From the NCBI GenBank assembly GCA_963789265.1, contig CAWBKB010000003.1:1097988-1161987 (forward strand): a stretch of 64,000 nt of DNA, written 5' to 3'. This stretch comes from an uncultured delta proteobacterium (lineage in GTDB: Bacteria > Desulfobacterota > Desulfomonilia > Desulfomonilales > Desulfomonilaceae). Made by a program: the position numbers and the translations under genes. Below are positions 54,043 to 64,000 of this stretch, in pieces (position 1 is the stretch's first letter; every line of letters begins with the position of its first letter). The notes below the pieces were generated by a model. The model saw only the letters and a list, made by a program, of their open reading frames with translations, had not been told where the DNA came from and made no database searches.

Positions 54043-54318
54043 TCAGCCCAATCCGAGACGCCTTTTTGCGTCTGCGAGACTCATTTCTCGACCTTCTTCC
54101 AGATCCATCAGTCCTTGGATGACGCCGCGTAGAAAGGCCAGTTCTTCCGCTTGAGTTTCGAAATCCTCAAGTGATTGAACGACGGCTACGCCTCGTCCCC
54201 TGTTGGTTAAGAGAACCGGCCTGTGGGACTTGTCAACCTGCTTCACAACTCGGCCCGGATTAACTTTCATATCGCTCAGAGGGACGATATCTTCCGAAAA
54301 TTTGGTAGCTCTTTGCAT
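54043..54318 (-). CDS. Phd/YefM family antitoxin
   Basis: PLSDMK.NP, PVLLTNRGRGVAVV; GGAGG RBS. Confidence 0.88.
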   Translation of the reverse strand: MQRATKFSEDIVPLSDMKVNPGRVVKQVDKSHRPVLLTNRGRGVAVVQSLEDFETQAEELAFLRGVIQGLMDLEEGREMSLADAKRRLGLG

Positions 54319-54560
54319 AGGTCCTCCCGTGGTGGTTTCACAATAGTACTAATAATAGCACCTATTAAATGACCAGGCAAACCCTATCGTCCGTGAAATG
54401 CCACGTCGGTCGCCCGAAAAATGATGACCTAAATCTTGACCAAGTGCGCAATTTGTAATAGCAACATCGTCCTGTAAGAATTAATGTAGGATATATGATT
54501 CGTTTCAGCGTTTGAAGGGAGTCGGGAAACTAAGAGAAGAAGTTTGAGGAGGCACGGAAT

Positions 54561-54956
54561 ATGGGACTTGAGGAGACGCATCTTTCTGTGCTGGAGAATC
54601 TTGAGTTTGCCATAACAAGTGTGGACAGAGAACGTGATGACGTCAGCGACTATACTGTTATGGAAGCACTCGATGCCGCGATTTTGGTTTACCGAGAAGA
54701 GTTTCGCGGCCATGTGCCGAAGCACATCTCCTTGGATGGAGCGGAATTGCAAATCTTTGAAGCTGTGAAAGCAATGTGTGAATGGCGCATTGGCCGAGCG
54801 GAAGGCCCTTTTCGCCTGCCGGTGCTTTCTGAAGAACCAACTAGTGTTGAAGATATCCTGGCCTGTCTTCGAAAGATTCGGAAATCTGTGGACTTTTGGC
54901 ACAAACAAGGAGGCCGAAGAGGCTGTCTGGAGTTTGTGTCGCAATACGTCCATTGA
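54561..54956 (+). CDS. hypothetical protein
   Basis: GAGGAGG RBS; 131 aa helical ORF. Confidence 0.7.
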   Translation: MGLEETHLSVLENLEFAITSVDRERDDVSDYTVMEALDAAILVYREEFRGHVPKHISLDGAELQIFEAVKAMCEWRIGRAEGPFRLPVLSEEPTSVEDILACLRKIRKSVDFWHKQGGRRGCLEFVSQYVH

Positions 54957-55011
54957 ACCCAACTTATGCGCTCGCCTTGTCTGTCCCTGCGATTGGTGAA
55001 ATCTTGGGCGA

Positions 55012-55434
55012 TCATTTCACCCTGGACCACAGTTGATCTTTACCTTTCTTCACCGGGCTGCGCGTTACCATAAAATCACCTTTTATCCCATATACATAGT
55101 ATCCGATTCCCGAACCATTCTTGAAAGTGATGGACATCTGGTGATCGTTGAAAGTCCAGAGGCCGTTCGATCCGGTCGGATACTCCTTATTAAAAACCCG
55201 ACAGGTGCCGTCCTTTCTCAGAGCCATGAGGGTTCTGTGTGGAGGTTTAGCATTGTCCTTATTTCCTTCACCGAGCGGGTGCTCGTCAGGGAGCACCTCC
55301 CAAGTTCCTATCACGCTGTGCCAGTCAATGACCGTTTGAAAGATATGTTCGGGTGCAATTCCTCCTGCCGCCTTTGCATGTACGGAGAGCAAGGCAAGGA
55401 TCAGAATAAGAACAAGGCCTGACCAACTTTTCAT
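55012..55434 (-). CDS. hypothetical exported protein (lipocalin-like beta fold possible)
   Basis: GGAGG RBS, signal peptide, IGTW motif. Confidence 0.65.
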   Translation of the reverse strand: MKSWSGLVLILILALLSVHAKAAGGIAPEHIFQTVIDWHSVIGTWEVLPDEHPLGEGNKDNAKPPHRTLMALRKDGTCRVFNKEYPTGSNGLWTFNDHQMSITFKNGSGIGYYVYGIKGDFMVTRSPVKKGKDQLWSRVK

Positions 55435-55491
55435 TAATCCTCCGGTGGCACATTACCGCGAGTCATCGTCACCCGAGTGACACGAACCCTT

Positions 55492-55663
55492 AATCCCGGG
55501 GCGAGCACGGCTTGTCTTTCCTGAACGACTTCCGTCTGCGCGGGAAAAGATCCCTTTCCCGGAAGAATTCATACCAAAGACGGCACGTCGACGTCCAGGG
55601 GTACCCTGCTCAGAGCTGGTTCCTTCACAGCCAACGACCTGAACTGGCAGAAATCGAGGGATT
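55492..55663. ncRNA. candidate ~172-nt rod-shaped ncRNA (6S-like features)
   Basis: Nested pairings aatccc/gggatt, cctg/cagg, cgac/gtcg, ccgtct/agacgg, gggaaa/tttccc. Confidence 0.35.
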
Positions 55664-55933
55664 GGTTACAACTTCTTCTCCAAGCAGTTCGAATCAAGAG
55701 GGACATCTTAGCCTTTTCATATATATTGTGGTTTATCAATTACTTGTAGTTTGTAATTCAGTGGCTTTGTGTTGAGTAAGAGATAACATCCCAACATCAA
55801 ATATTTTACTTGACACATACCTCGGCCCATGATACCTCCCGCCCCCAGGAACAGAACGGGAAGCGGCCCCCGAACGCTTCCGGAGTCGCCGAATTCGGTA
55901 CAGTTCGCGAAACTGCGTGAATAAAAGGAGGGT

Positions 55934-56425
55934 GTGATGGTCAAGAAAGTTTTGAGTGTTTTTATCTGTATAATGATGCTTGGTGGGGCATCGCTGGCGC
56001 TTGCCGGAGGACCTGTCCCTGCCTACGCCCCTACTTGTGCTCCCCCGTGCGCTCCCCAGTGTGGTCCTAATGCTGCTGGACCCTACGGACCTGGTTCCCA
56101 ATATTGGGGAGATGCGCCGTTCCCGGGATTGTGCGGCGGAGTGGTTGCCCTGCCTTTCCTGGTAGTAGGCAGCCTACTTGGTGGAAACACAGCCGGACCC
56201 TACGGCCCGGGTTACAACTGCGCACCTCCACGGTACAACTGCGCACCTCCACGGTACAATTGCGCACCTCCACCTTGTGCTCCAGTCACGACGTGTGCTC
56301 CGCCAATGGGATGTGGTCCCGCTTATGGGCCTGGCGGCGGCGGGGGCTTATTTGGACTTCCCTGCTTAGATCTTTGCTCGAATATTCTAGGCAGCCTAGG
56401 CGGTGGAACGGGGTTTCTGTATTAG
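55934..56425 (+). CDS. secreted Cys/Pro/Gly-rich repeat protein
   Basis: AAGGAGG RBS, signal peptide (ALA), repeated CAPP and AGPYGPG. Confidence 0.8.
   Translation: MMVKKVLSVFICIMMLGGASLALAGGPVPAYAPTCAPPCAPQCGPNAAGPYGPGSQYWGDAPFPGLCGGVVALPFLVVGSLLGGNTAGPYGPGYNCAPPRYNCAPPRYNCAPPPCAPVTTCAPPMGCGPAYGPGGGGGLFGLPCLDLCSNILGSLGGGTGFLY
56213..56275 (+). repeat. 3 x 21-bp in-frame tandem repeat (YNCAPPR)
   Basis: tacaactgcgcacctccacgg x2 plus tacaattgcgcacctccacct. Confidence 0.95.
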
Positions 56426-56533
56426 GCTGGATCCGGCGTGAGGCTTCACAAGTCTGATCGGTTCATTCACCAAGACAGGAAACAAAGCGCACTAATCGAA
56501 CAATAACACGAATATCTCAACCTTCTAATCCTA

Positions 56534-56558
56534 TGGGGACTACGGTCCCCATTTTTTT
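56534..56558 (+). terminator. Rho-independent terminator
   Basis: atggggac-tacg-gtccccat followed by T run. Confidence 0.85.
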
Positions 56559-56851
56559 TGGAACCAACTTAAGGATTCGGGTTCAGAGGAACAGAAGCAA
56601 TCATCATTATTGATGTTGCGATTGGCTAGGTCTTTGTCGTTTTCATCTAGACTCTATTTGATGAAGATTGCCACCCGGGTGCTACGGTCGGTTGCGGGCC
56701 AAGGACATTATTTTCGGTATTTGCTATAGAAGTGTTACTGTTGTCCTGCTGCACCTTTCTCCTCGTCGTGGCTCGGGGGGCTTTGGGCTGGACGCGTGTC
56801 TGTTACGCCTTTAATATGAATTTTGCAAAACTTCTCTCGCGAGGTACTAGA

Positions 56852-59011
56852 ATGGTTGCCCCACCCAACGATACTTCCGAGCGCCTCCAAACTCTCGAAG
56901 GAATCCTGGACCGCCTTGTTTTCGCTGCCGAAGAAAGCGACTTCATAGTCGGCAAACTGGTGATGCGAGGACGACGAGAACCCGTGACAGTGGTGGGGGT
57001 GTTGCCCAGTCCGCACCCGGGCGAAACTCTAGTACTTCAAGGCAATTGGGAATTCGATAAGAAATTCGGCGAACAGTTTCGATTTCAGAGCGCACAGTCA
57101 CGGGCGCCTTCCACCGTCACGGGCATCGAGAAATACCTATCATCCAGCCTGGTTAAGGGAATCGGGCCGGAGATGGCGCGGAGGATCACCGCGGTCTTCG
57201 GCGAAAAGACGCTCGAAGTCATTGAAAATCAGCCCCAGGAGCTTCGGAGTGTGCCCGGCATAGGGCCGATGAGAGCCGAAAAGATTTCCGAGGCATTCCA
57301 AGAGCAGAAGAGCATCAGAGATGTAATGCTCTTTCTGCAAACTCACGGTGTATCTCCTACATACGCTTTCAAGATCTTCAAAAAATACGGAAAAGCAGCT
57401 ATCCAAGTGGTGTCGAACAACCCCTATTGTCTTGCCACAGCCATCCGAGGAATAGGCTTCAAATCCGCGGACAAGATTGCCGGGAGCCTCGGCATTGATA
57501 TGCGTTCGCCCCTGAGAGCACGCGCGGGCATTCTCTACGTGCTCGACACGGGTCAAGCCGAAGGACACGTCTATTATCCTCGAAACATCTTGGTGGAAAA
57601 GGCCAGGGAACTACTTGGCATAGATGTTCAGACTTTGGGGAAAGCCCTGGCAGATTTGGCTCAGTCAGGAGATGTCGTATTCGAGGAAGACCGTGTGTAC
57701 CCATCCTTGATGGCGACAATGGAAAATTCCGTCGCATCAAAGCTGAGGAATCTGATTTCAGCGCCACGTTTTCTTCCGCCAATCAAGGTTGATGCCGCGA
57801 TCCAGTGGATCGAGGTACGCAGCGGAATGAAACTGTCGGAAGCTCAACGGCGAGCTGTGGCATCCGTTATGGATCATAAAGTACTGGTAATCACAGGCGG
57901 CCCGGGCACCGGCAAGACTACGCTACTACGGGCACTCATTGAGGTCCTGGAAGCAAAGAAATTGCGGGTGTTGCTCGCCGCGCCCACGGGACGGGCGGCC
58001 AAGAGGCTCTCTGAAGCAACAGGCCGAGAAGCCAAGACCATTCATCGCCTGCTGGAATATTCGCCGGCCGAAGGGGGGTTTCAGAAGGGCGTTGGTCGGC
58101 CGTTAGAAGCCGAAGTTGTGGTTGTGGACGAAGTTTCGATGGTTGACGTATCCCTCATGCATTACCTCCTGTCAGCGATAAGCTCCCAAAGCACGCTGCT
58201 CCTCGTAGGTGATGCGGATCAGTTGCCTTCCGTAGGGCCGGGAAACGTACTCGGCGATGTCATAGAATCGGGAAAAATCCCTGTCGTGCGCCTTGAGACT
58301 GTGTTCAGACAGGCCGCGGAAAGCTCGATTATTACAAATGCCCACTTGGTGAACCAAGGGGAAATGCCTTTGAAAGAAGCGGAAACAGGGGCTCTCTCCG
58401 ACTTCTATTTCATCGAAAAGGATGATCCGGAGAAGTCTTTAGTTCTCATAAAGGAAATGGTCAGTCGAAGAATTCCGGAACGATTCGGCTTAAGCCCTAT
58501 CCAAGACTTGCAGGTGCTCAGCCCGATGCACAAAGGGACCCTCGGGACGGAAAATCTTAACAGAGAATTAAGAGAAATATTGAACTCTAGCGGTCACCCG
58601 ATAAAGGGAGACAGGTTCCGCGTAGGCGACCGCGTCATGCAGACAAGAAATAACTATGATAAAGAGGTCTTCAATGGCGATGTCGGCAGAATAGTAAGTT
58701 TTGATGCGGAATTGGATGAAGCTGTTGTGGAATTTGACAGCCGTTCCGTTCAGTACCATATCTCCGAAATGGATGAAATAATACTTGCGTACGCGGTGAC
58801 GATTCACAAGGCCCAGGGCAGCGAGTACCGAGCCGTGATAGTGCCCTTGAGCACACAACATTATGTGCTCTTGCGGCGGAACCTGCTGTATACGGCCATG
58901 ACACGAGGGAAAGAGCTGGTGGTGCTGCTCGGAAGTAAGAGAGCTTTGCAGATGGCGGTGGAGAATCGGATTGTAGAGCCACGGTACACTCACCTGGCCG
59001 CAAAGATCTGA
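56852..59011 (+). CDS. recD2: ATP-dependent RecD2-like DNA helicase
   Basis: HhH repeats, GGPGTGKTT, APTGRAAKRL, DEVSM, GDADQLPSVG, TIHKAQGSE. Confidence 0.95.
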   Translation: MVAPPNDTSERLQTLEGILDRLVFAAEESDFIVGKLVMRGRREPVTVVGVLPSPHPGETLVLQGNWEFDKKFGEQFRFQSAQSRAPSTVTGIEKYLSSSLVKGIGPEMARRITAVFGEKTLEVIENQPQELRSVPGIGPMRAEKISEAFQEQKSIRDVMLFLQTHGVSPTYAFKIFKKYGKAAIQVVSNNPYCLATAIRGIGFKSADKIAGSLGIDMRSPLRARAGILYVLDTGQAEGHVYYPRNILVEKARELLGIDVQTLGKALADLAQSGDVVFEEDRVYPSLMATMENSVASKLRNLISAPRFLPPIKVDAAIQWIEVRSGMKLSEAQRRAVASVMDHKVLVITGGPGTGKTTLLRALIEVLEAKKLRVLLAAPTGRAAKRLSEATGREAKTIHRLLEYSPAEGGFQKGVGRPLEAEVVVVDEVSMVDVSLMHYLLSAISSQSTLLLVGDADQLPSVGPGNVLGDVIESGKIPVVRLETVFRQAAESSIITNAHLVNQGEMPLKEAETGALSDFYFIEKDDPEKSLVLIKEMVSRRIPERFGLSPIQDLQVLSPMHKGTLGTENLNRELREILNSSGHPIKGDRFRVGDRVMQTRNNYDKEVFNGDVGRIVSFDAELDEAVVEFDSRSVQYHISEMDEIILAYAVTIHKAQGSEYRAVIVPLSTQHYVLLRRNLLYTAMTRGKELVVLLGSKRALQMAVENRIVEPRYTHLAAKI

Positions 59012-59158
59012 GGTGTCCCGATGAGCGCTGAAGCCAATGAGCCCGTCGTACAATGAAGCAGGGTCAGGATGTCCCTTTCCGGGCCGTCACATGCCATAGG
59101 GCGCCCCTTGTGCCCGACACGATTGTGTTAGATGGCCAATCTCGACGGCGTCAACATC

Positions 59159-60643
59159 CTATTTTAATTCATGGCGCTTCAGAATACTCATTCTGTCTGA
59201 GATGGCCCTCTCGTAAAGTCGCACATATTCCGTGGCCGAGCGCTTCCAGGAAAAATCGCGATTCATTCCTCGGACCATCAGCTTTTTCCACGCATCAGGC
59301 TCTTTGATGAATACATCCAAAGTGTTCAGAAGTGTTTCTTCGAGCGCTGACGGTTCCGGTTGTTCAAATTTGAAGCCGGTTCCCGAATCCTGGTCCGGGT
59401 TGAATTCCTCGACTGTGTCCCTCAAGCCGCCGGTGGCTCTCACTATAGGGACTGTCCCGTATCTTAAGGCATATAGCTGGGTAAGTCCGCACGGCTCGTA
59501 CCTGGATGGCACTATGAGTGCATCCGCACCGGCGAATATCTTATGAGCCAATTCGTAGTCATAGCTTAGGAAAATCCCGGTCTTGTCAGGGTAGCGTTCG
59601 CCGAACTCGCGGAATGACGCCTGGTAGCTGGCCTCGCCCGTCCCCAGGAGAACTAGCTGTAGGTCCTGTTTCATTAGCTCCGGCACGGCCTTGGCCAATA
59701 TGTCTATTCCCTTCTGGTCTGACAAGCGGCTCACCATGCCTACCAAAGGAACATCGGGTCTCGCGGGTAAATGAGAGATTTTCTGGAGGTCCGTTTTACA
59801 AAGGGTCTTGCCGGACAAATCCTTAGGATTGTAGTTGGCTGCAATCACAGGGTCGATGTCCGGATCCCAGGTTTTGTAATCCACTCCATTGAGTATGCCC
59901 GTGAGATGCGGCCCTTTCTCCTGTAGGATCCCTTCCAAGCCAAATCCGAATTCGGGAGTAAGGATTTCATCCCGATACCCCGAGGACACCGTGTTCACCT
60001 CATCAGCGAAAACTATGCCGCTCTTGAGGAAGTTCAGTCTACCGTGAAATTCCATGTGCTTGGGAGTAAAGAACTCCCAGCCTATTCCGACTAAAGGCAT
60101 GTCAAAATGCCAAAAGATCCCTTGATACCCAAGATTATGGATAGTCACAACCGAGGCGCTTGGTTCAAGTGCTGTCTCCCCGGCGTAGAGCGTCCGAAGA
60201 TAAACGGGAGCCAATGCAGCTTGCCAGTCATGGGAATGATAAATGTCATAGTGAGTCGATGCGGCAAGGCTCATTTCAATTGCCGATCTGCACAGGAATA
60301 CGAATCTTTCGGCGTTGTCCTCGTAGTCTGCCAGGGGTGTTCCGTAAAGATAGTCTCTATCAAAGTATTCATCGCACTCAACGAAAAGATATCTAGCGCC
60401 CCTCTTGTCTCGAAATTCCCACAACGCTGCCTGCGCCTTACGAGCGTTGATATCCACTTCGATCTTCAAACCCGTCTCTTTCAAATCATATTTGTCGCAA
60501 TCGACTCCACGATACTTGGGCATAAACACGTCAATTTCCACGCCCAATTCTGCGAGTTCCGCCGGTAGAGCCGACAACACCTCTCCTAAACCGCCCGTTT
60601 GGGCGAAAGGTGCGGCTTCCGGCGTAATCATCAAGACGCGCAC
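59159..60643 (-). CDS. glgA: glycogen synthase
   Basis: TGGLG (KTGGL-like), HSHDWQ, TIHNLGYQG, QKG, PSRYEPCGLTQ. Confidence 0.95.
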   Translation of the reverse strand: MRVLMITPEAAPFAQTGGLGEVLSALPAELAELGVEIDVFMPKYRGVDCDKYDLKETGLKIEVDINARKAQAALWEFRDKRGARYLFVECDEYFDRDYLYGTPLADYEDNAERFVFLCRSAIEMSLAASTHYDIYHSHDWQAALAPVYLRTLYAGETALEPSASVVTIHNLGYQGIFWHFDMPLVGIGWEFFTPKHMEFHGRLNFLKSGIVFADEVNTVSSGYRDEILTPEFGFGLEGILQEKGPHLTGILNGVDYKTWDPDIDPVIAANYNPKDLSGKTLCKTDLQKISHLPARPDVPLVGMVSRLSDQKGIDILAKAVPELMKQDLQLVLLGTGEASYQASFREFGERYPDKTGIFLSYDYELAHKIFAGADALIVPSRYEPCGLTQLYALRYGTVPIVRATGGLRDTVEEFNPDQDSGTGFKFEQPEPSALEETLLNTLDVFIKEPDAWKKLMVRGMNRDFSWKRSATEYVRLYERAISDRMSILKRHELK

Positions 60644-60646
60644 TTT

Positions 60647-61171
60647 TTAGATCCTCCGCGACTTCACCATGCCGTCTGCATCTTCTCGATTCTTCTTGAT
60701 GTGCTCAATTAGACCGCCGTTCTGAAGAAGTGCTCTCATGAATGGGGGGATAGGTTGCGCTCTGAAGCTAGCGCCTGTGCTCAAATTCCGAATGATCCCA
60801 TTATCCGAGTCCACTTCCAGAGTGTCGCCCTCCTTGGTGCCATCCACAGCGGACGGAGATTCCAATATGAGAAGCCCCATGTTGAAAGAGTTACGGAAGA
60901 AAATGCGGGCAAGACTTTTGGCTATCACGCACGCGACGCCCGAAGCTTTTATCGCAACCGGCGCGTGCTCTCTGGAAGACCCGCATCCAAAGTTCTTTCC
61001 CGCAACGACAATATCTCCTTGCTTCACTTTCGTCGCAAACGTGGCATCCGCGTCTTCCATGACGTGTTCGGACAATTGTACCGGATCAGTAAGACTGAGA
61101 TAACGAGCGGGAATGATTTCATCGGTGTTGACGTCATCGCCGAATTTCCATACTGTCCCCACAAAGGCCAT
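60647..61171 (-). CDS. leuD: 3-isopropylmalate dehydratase small subunit (LeuD/HacB type)
   Basis: DVNTDEIIP, NFGCGSSREHA, ARIFFRN. Confidence 0.93.
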   Translation of the reverse strand: MAFVGTVWKFGDDVNTDEIIPARYLSLTDPVQLSEHVMEDADATFATKVKQGDIVVAGKNFGCGSSREHAPVAIKASGVACVIAKSLARIFFRNSFNMGLLILESPSAVDGTKEGDTLEVDSDNGIIRNLSTGASFRAQPIPPFMRALLQNGGLIEHIKKNREDADGMVKSRRI

Positions 61172-61475
61172 TTATGTCTCCTTATCCAGACAAGGTTCAT
61201 CCCGAGCGATCATCCGCCTAAAGATGCTGTAATTGCGATCATGTAGAAGAGCGCCATGCATTTCGGCAGCCAACGACCTAACATACTTTTTGACATTATT
61301 GGCGTCTTATTGCAAGGAATCCTTGCCGGCGGATCAAAAGAAAACACCTTGGACAGCGCACTTGCGCCGCATCCGGTTGAGCGGCGAGGTGATCCATTGC
61401 TCTACCTCTTTGCGCATATACCGAATTTTCGTTTAAGATGCCGAGTCAAGCATATACTGATCCTGAGGTACTAGT

Positions 61476-62597
61476 GTGGCGTTACATGCCTTTGATTTAT
61501 CGGTTTTGAAGCCAGGGGTGCGCCCGCAGATCATACAGGGTATGACACTGGGCGATTTGTTGTGCGTTCTTGCCAGAAATGACTTTGTTGTGGACGCGGA
61601 ATGTCTGGGCCGCCTTGCTTACCTACTGGTGCTCGGAGTACTCAATTCTATCTATGGTGCCTGCGAGACCGCGCTTAACGCGCGCCGTATCCGCAATGTC
61701 GAGATCGATCCGTCTCCTTTATTCATTCTCGGCCACTGGCGGAGCGGAACGACCCATCTTCATAACCTGCTGAGTTTGGACAGGAACCTCGCATGCCCAA
61801 CGGTTTTTCAGAGCCTTTTCCCTCATCACTTCCTTCTCACACAGATCGCGGCCGGTCTTTTCAACCGGATTGCTCCGGAACAGCGTCCTATGGACAACAT
61901 GGCTTTTTCAGCCTTTGGCCCACATGAAGATGAATTCGCTGTGGCCGCCCATTCCACTGTTTCCCCTTATATCAAGTACTTGTTTCCCATCACGGGTGAC
62001 CCCGGGTACTCCGAGCTGGATCCCGAGCGTCTGCCGGAAGAAGCGCTTGAAAGATGGAAGAAGTCTTTTATCTTGTTCATGAAAAAGTTGAGGCTCTCGA
62101 ACGACAAAAGAATCGTGCTGAAGTCTCCCCCCCACCTCGGGCGAGTAGCTACGTTGCTGGAGATTTTTCCACAGGCCAAGTTCATACACATCGTAAGAGA
62201 CCCTTATCGGGTCTATATGTCTACTCGCAAGCTATGGGCCGACGGTTTGTCTGCAGCTCATCTTCAGATGCCGCAATCCGAACTCGTGGATGAGTTTATT
62301 TTCTCTTGGTACGTTCAGTTATTTTCTCTCTTTGAGAGGGACAGGCAGCTTATCCCTCCGGATTCGCTTTACGAGATCAAGTTCGAAGATTTGGAAGCCA
62401 AGCCGATTGAAACTATGAACGATATGTATGCAGGCCTCGGACTGCAGGGTTTTGAACTCCTGGAAGAACGTCTGAAGGATTATCTGCGGTCGGTCGCCGG
62501 TTACCGCAAGAATACCTATTCCCTGAGTGAGACGGAGCGTGAAAAGGTGAGGAATCTGTGGGGAGCCAGTTTTGAGCGCTACGGTTATCCGGTCTGA
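61476..62597 (+). CDS. PAPS-dependent sulfotransferase family protein
   Basis: GHWRSGTTHL 5'-PSB loop, RPMDN, LKSPPH, RDPY...S 3'-PB. Confidence 0.88.
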   Translation: MALHAFDLSVLKPGVRPQIIQGMTLGDLLCVLARNDFVVDAECLGRLAYLLVLGVLNSIYGACETALNARRIRNVEIDPSPLFILGHWRSGTTHLHNLLSLDRNLACPTVFQSLFPHHFLLTQIAAGLFNRIAPEQRPMDNMAFSAFGPHEDEFAVAAHSTVSPYIKYLFPITGDPGYSELDPERLPEEALERWKKSFILFMKKLRLSNDKRIVLKSPPHLGRVATLLEIFPQAKFIHIVRDPYRVYMSTRKLWADGLSAAHLQMPQSELVDEFIFSWYVQLFSLFERDRQLIPPDSLYEIKFEDLEAKPIETMNDMYAGLGLQGFELLEERLKDYLRSVAGYRKNTYSLSETEREKVRNLWGASFERYGYPV

Positions 62598-62910
62598 AGC
62601 GAATGAAGACAGGTGTAAACGAAATTAGTCATGCCGGTGTGCGCCCCGGTTGTCTTGGCCGGGATTCGCGTCGGGGAGATGACTCACAAGTTTTTTGGCC
62701 AGTTACCTATAGACAAACTTGTGAAATTAACTTATAGATTACCCTCAAGTCAAGGGTTATCTTCCCTCAAAGGGGCGATCAACCAAATGTCACGTTATCG
62801 CGGGCACTGGCCCGGATCTAAGCTACGGGCTGGTCATTTTGAATCACGGTCGGTGACCCAATAACCGGCCTATGGAATTATGGAACTAGGGGGTTGCGAA
62901 AGGAGGGGTT

Positions 62911-63135
62911 ATGCAAATCGGGGACATCGTTCACTTGGACGGTTTAAAGGCCGAATATAGTCTTTTTGGTCGTGACCGCTTTTCCACTTGTACTCTGCCG
63001 GACGGCGACTACGTGGTTCTCGGCTTTGAGGAGGATTATATCAAACTCGCCTGGAGCGACGCGAGCGGTTACCCGTCACGAAAGCACCGATACCGGATAG
63101 AGAGAGCCGCTTTCAGCCGTCCGATTGCGATGTGA
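62911..63135 (+). CDS. hypothetical protein
   Basis: AAGGAGG RBS, 74 aa. Confidence 0.65.
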   Translation: MQIGDIVHLDGLKAEYSLFGRDRFSTCTLPDGDYVVLGFEEDYIKLAWSDASGYPSRKHRYRIERAAFSRPIAM

Positions 63136-63370
63136 CGGTGTCAGCCCAATACGAGGGAGCAGGCGCGGCGTCTTTATCCACATTTTCTATCTGCTCTTTG
63201 CCATTAACCGGACTGGAAATCACCAATTGTAATGGCACCTGCTCTTTTCCGAGAGCAGATTCAGGTACGCATACCAACCTTATATTCGATTCAGGCCGAT
63301 GGACCCTGGTCTGCCTTCTTTTCCTTTCCATTTTCCACTCTTGCTCCCCTCTTCTTAAGAAAGAAGCCTC

Positions 63371-63820
63371 ATGGGGATAACGGATGAACATGTCAAACCC
63401 ATTGCGAGCCGGTTATCACGATTGCAATGGACAGCCTTGAGTGCTGTACTTGGATTTTTCCTTGGATTCGCGGATACGCTTTTGATAGCGTGTGTGTTGG
63501 GCTATCTGGGATTGCGGGTTCCTGCTTACTTTGGTGTCCCTACCACGTTTGTCGGCTATTTCTTTACGGGATTAATCGTGGGCAATCTCGCCGGTCCAGA
63601 CATAGTGTGGGAGGCGCCGGCCGGAATTATACTGTGCGTGCTCCTGCTCATGTGGGGTCTGGCCGGGACTCATGGGCTGAGCGCCCCATACTTGTTACTG
63701 AATTATGTATGTATTCCGGGAATTGCTATGGGCACTTGCTGTCTGGGGCTCCGAGTCGGGAGGAAGAGGGCAGCCAAAAAGCGGCAGCGGGAACTTTTGA
63801 AAGAGACCTTTGCCGGCTGA
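63371..63820 (+). CDS. hypothetical membrane protein (~4 TM)
   Basis: Four hydrophobic segments, basic C-tail. Confidence 0.7.
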   Translation: MGITDEHVKPIASRLSRLQWTALSAVLGFFLGFADTLLIACVLGYLGLRVPAYFGVPTTFVGYFFTGLIVGNLAGPDIVWEAPAGIILCVLLLMWGLAGTHGLSAPYLLLNYVCIPGIAMGTCCLGLRVGRKRAAKKRQRELLKETFAG

Positions 63821-63884
63821 TCGGGTGTAGACTGAGGCCCCTAATTGATGTAAACTGTTAATGAAACAGCTTGGAGGCAAGACC

Positions 63885-64000
63885 ATGGAATGCGATCAAC
63901 ACCTTTGCGACGGTTGTGCTACCGGATGTGCGGAAAGACACACGGCCGACAAGGTCGCAGAGGAAGCAAGTGCCAATACGCAACGGTCAAGGGGCTACAC
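63885..64000 (+). CDS. partial ORF running off window (MECDQHLCDGCATGC...)
   Basis: GGAGG RBS; open to window end; Cys cluster. Confidence 0.5.
   Translation, partial: MECDQHLCDGCATGCAERHTADKVAEEASANTQRSRGY

Noticed and set aside
55595..55663. TPP riboswitch (agggg...gacctgaactgg...aggga)
   Set aside because: Invariant UGAGA is UCAGA, P2 and P5 pairings missing, no thiamine gene downstream
62800..62875. c-di-GMP riboswitch upstream of 62911
   Set aside because: Two hairpins present but class I (GGCAAA/GCAAA, GNRA) and class II consensus elements not matched

Overview
Bacterial chromosomal window of mostly housekeeping genes. Gene content (DsrM/DsrK-like pair, hypFCDE, a Sec-type UGA gene, Se-associated LysR) suggests an anaerobic Desulfobacterota, possibly Desulfomonile-like (inference, no search run). 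Contents in order: pstSCAB with a Pho-box-like array; sirtuin; ECF sigma/anti-sigma/trxA/trxB; hisI-hisG; M48 protease plus NfeD-like/flotillin; a ferritin-like / SagB-type nitroreductase / rhodanese-ferritin block; copZ-copA; an orphan dsrM/dsrK-like pair; ilvC, cysE, ssb; a family-5 ABC importer plus glycosyltransferase; gdhA; hypFCDE; toxin-antitoxin genes; lepB; LysR; recD2; glgA; leuD; a sulfotransferase. The best-supported hidden signal is a selenoprotein: two ORFs in the track (20606-20836 and 20870-21448) are one rhodanese-ferritin fusion, with UGA at the catalytic Cys position and a SECIS-like hairpin. It lies in a 3-gene block bracketed by inverted REP/MITE elements. Also seen: MITEs carrying REP cargo, two candidate structured ncRNAs, a secreted Cys/Pro-repeat protein, and about 8 frameshifts that look like systematic sequencing errors. 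No CRISPR array, rRNA, tRNA, prophage or transposase was recognised.
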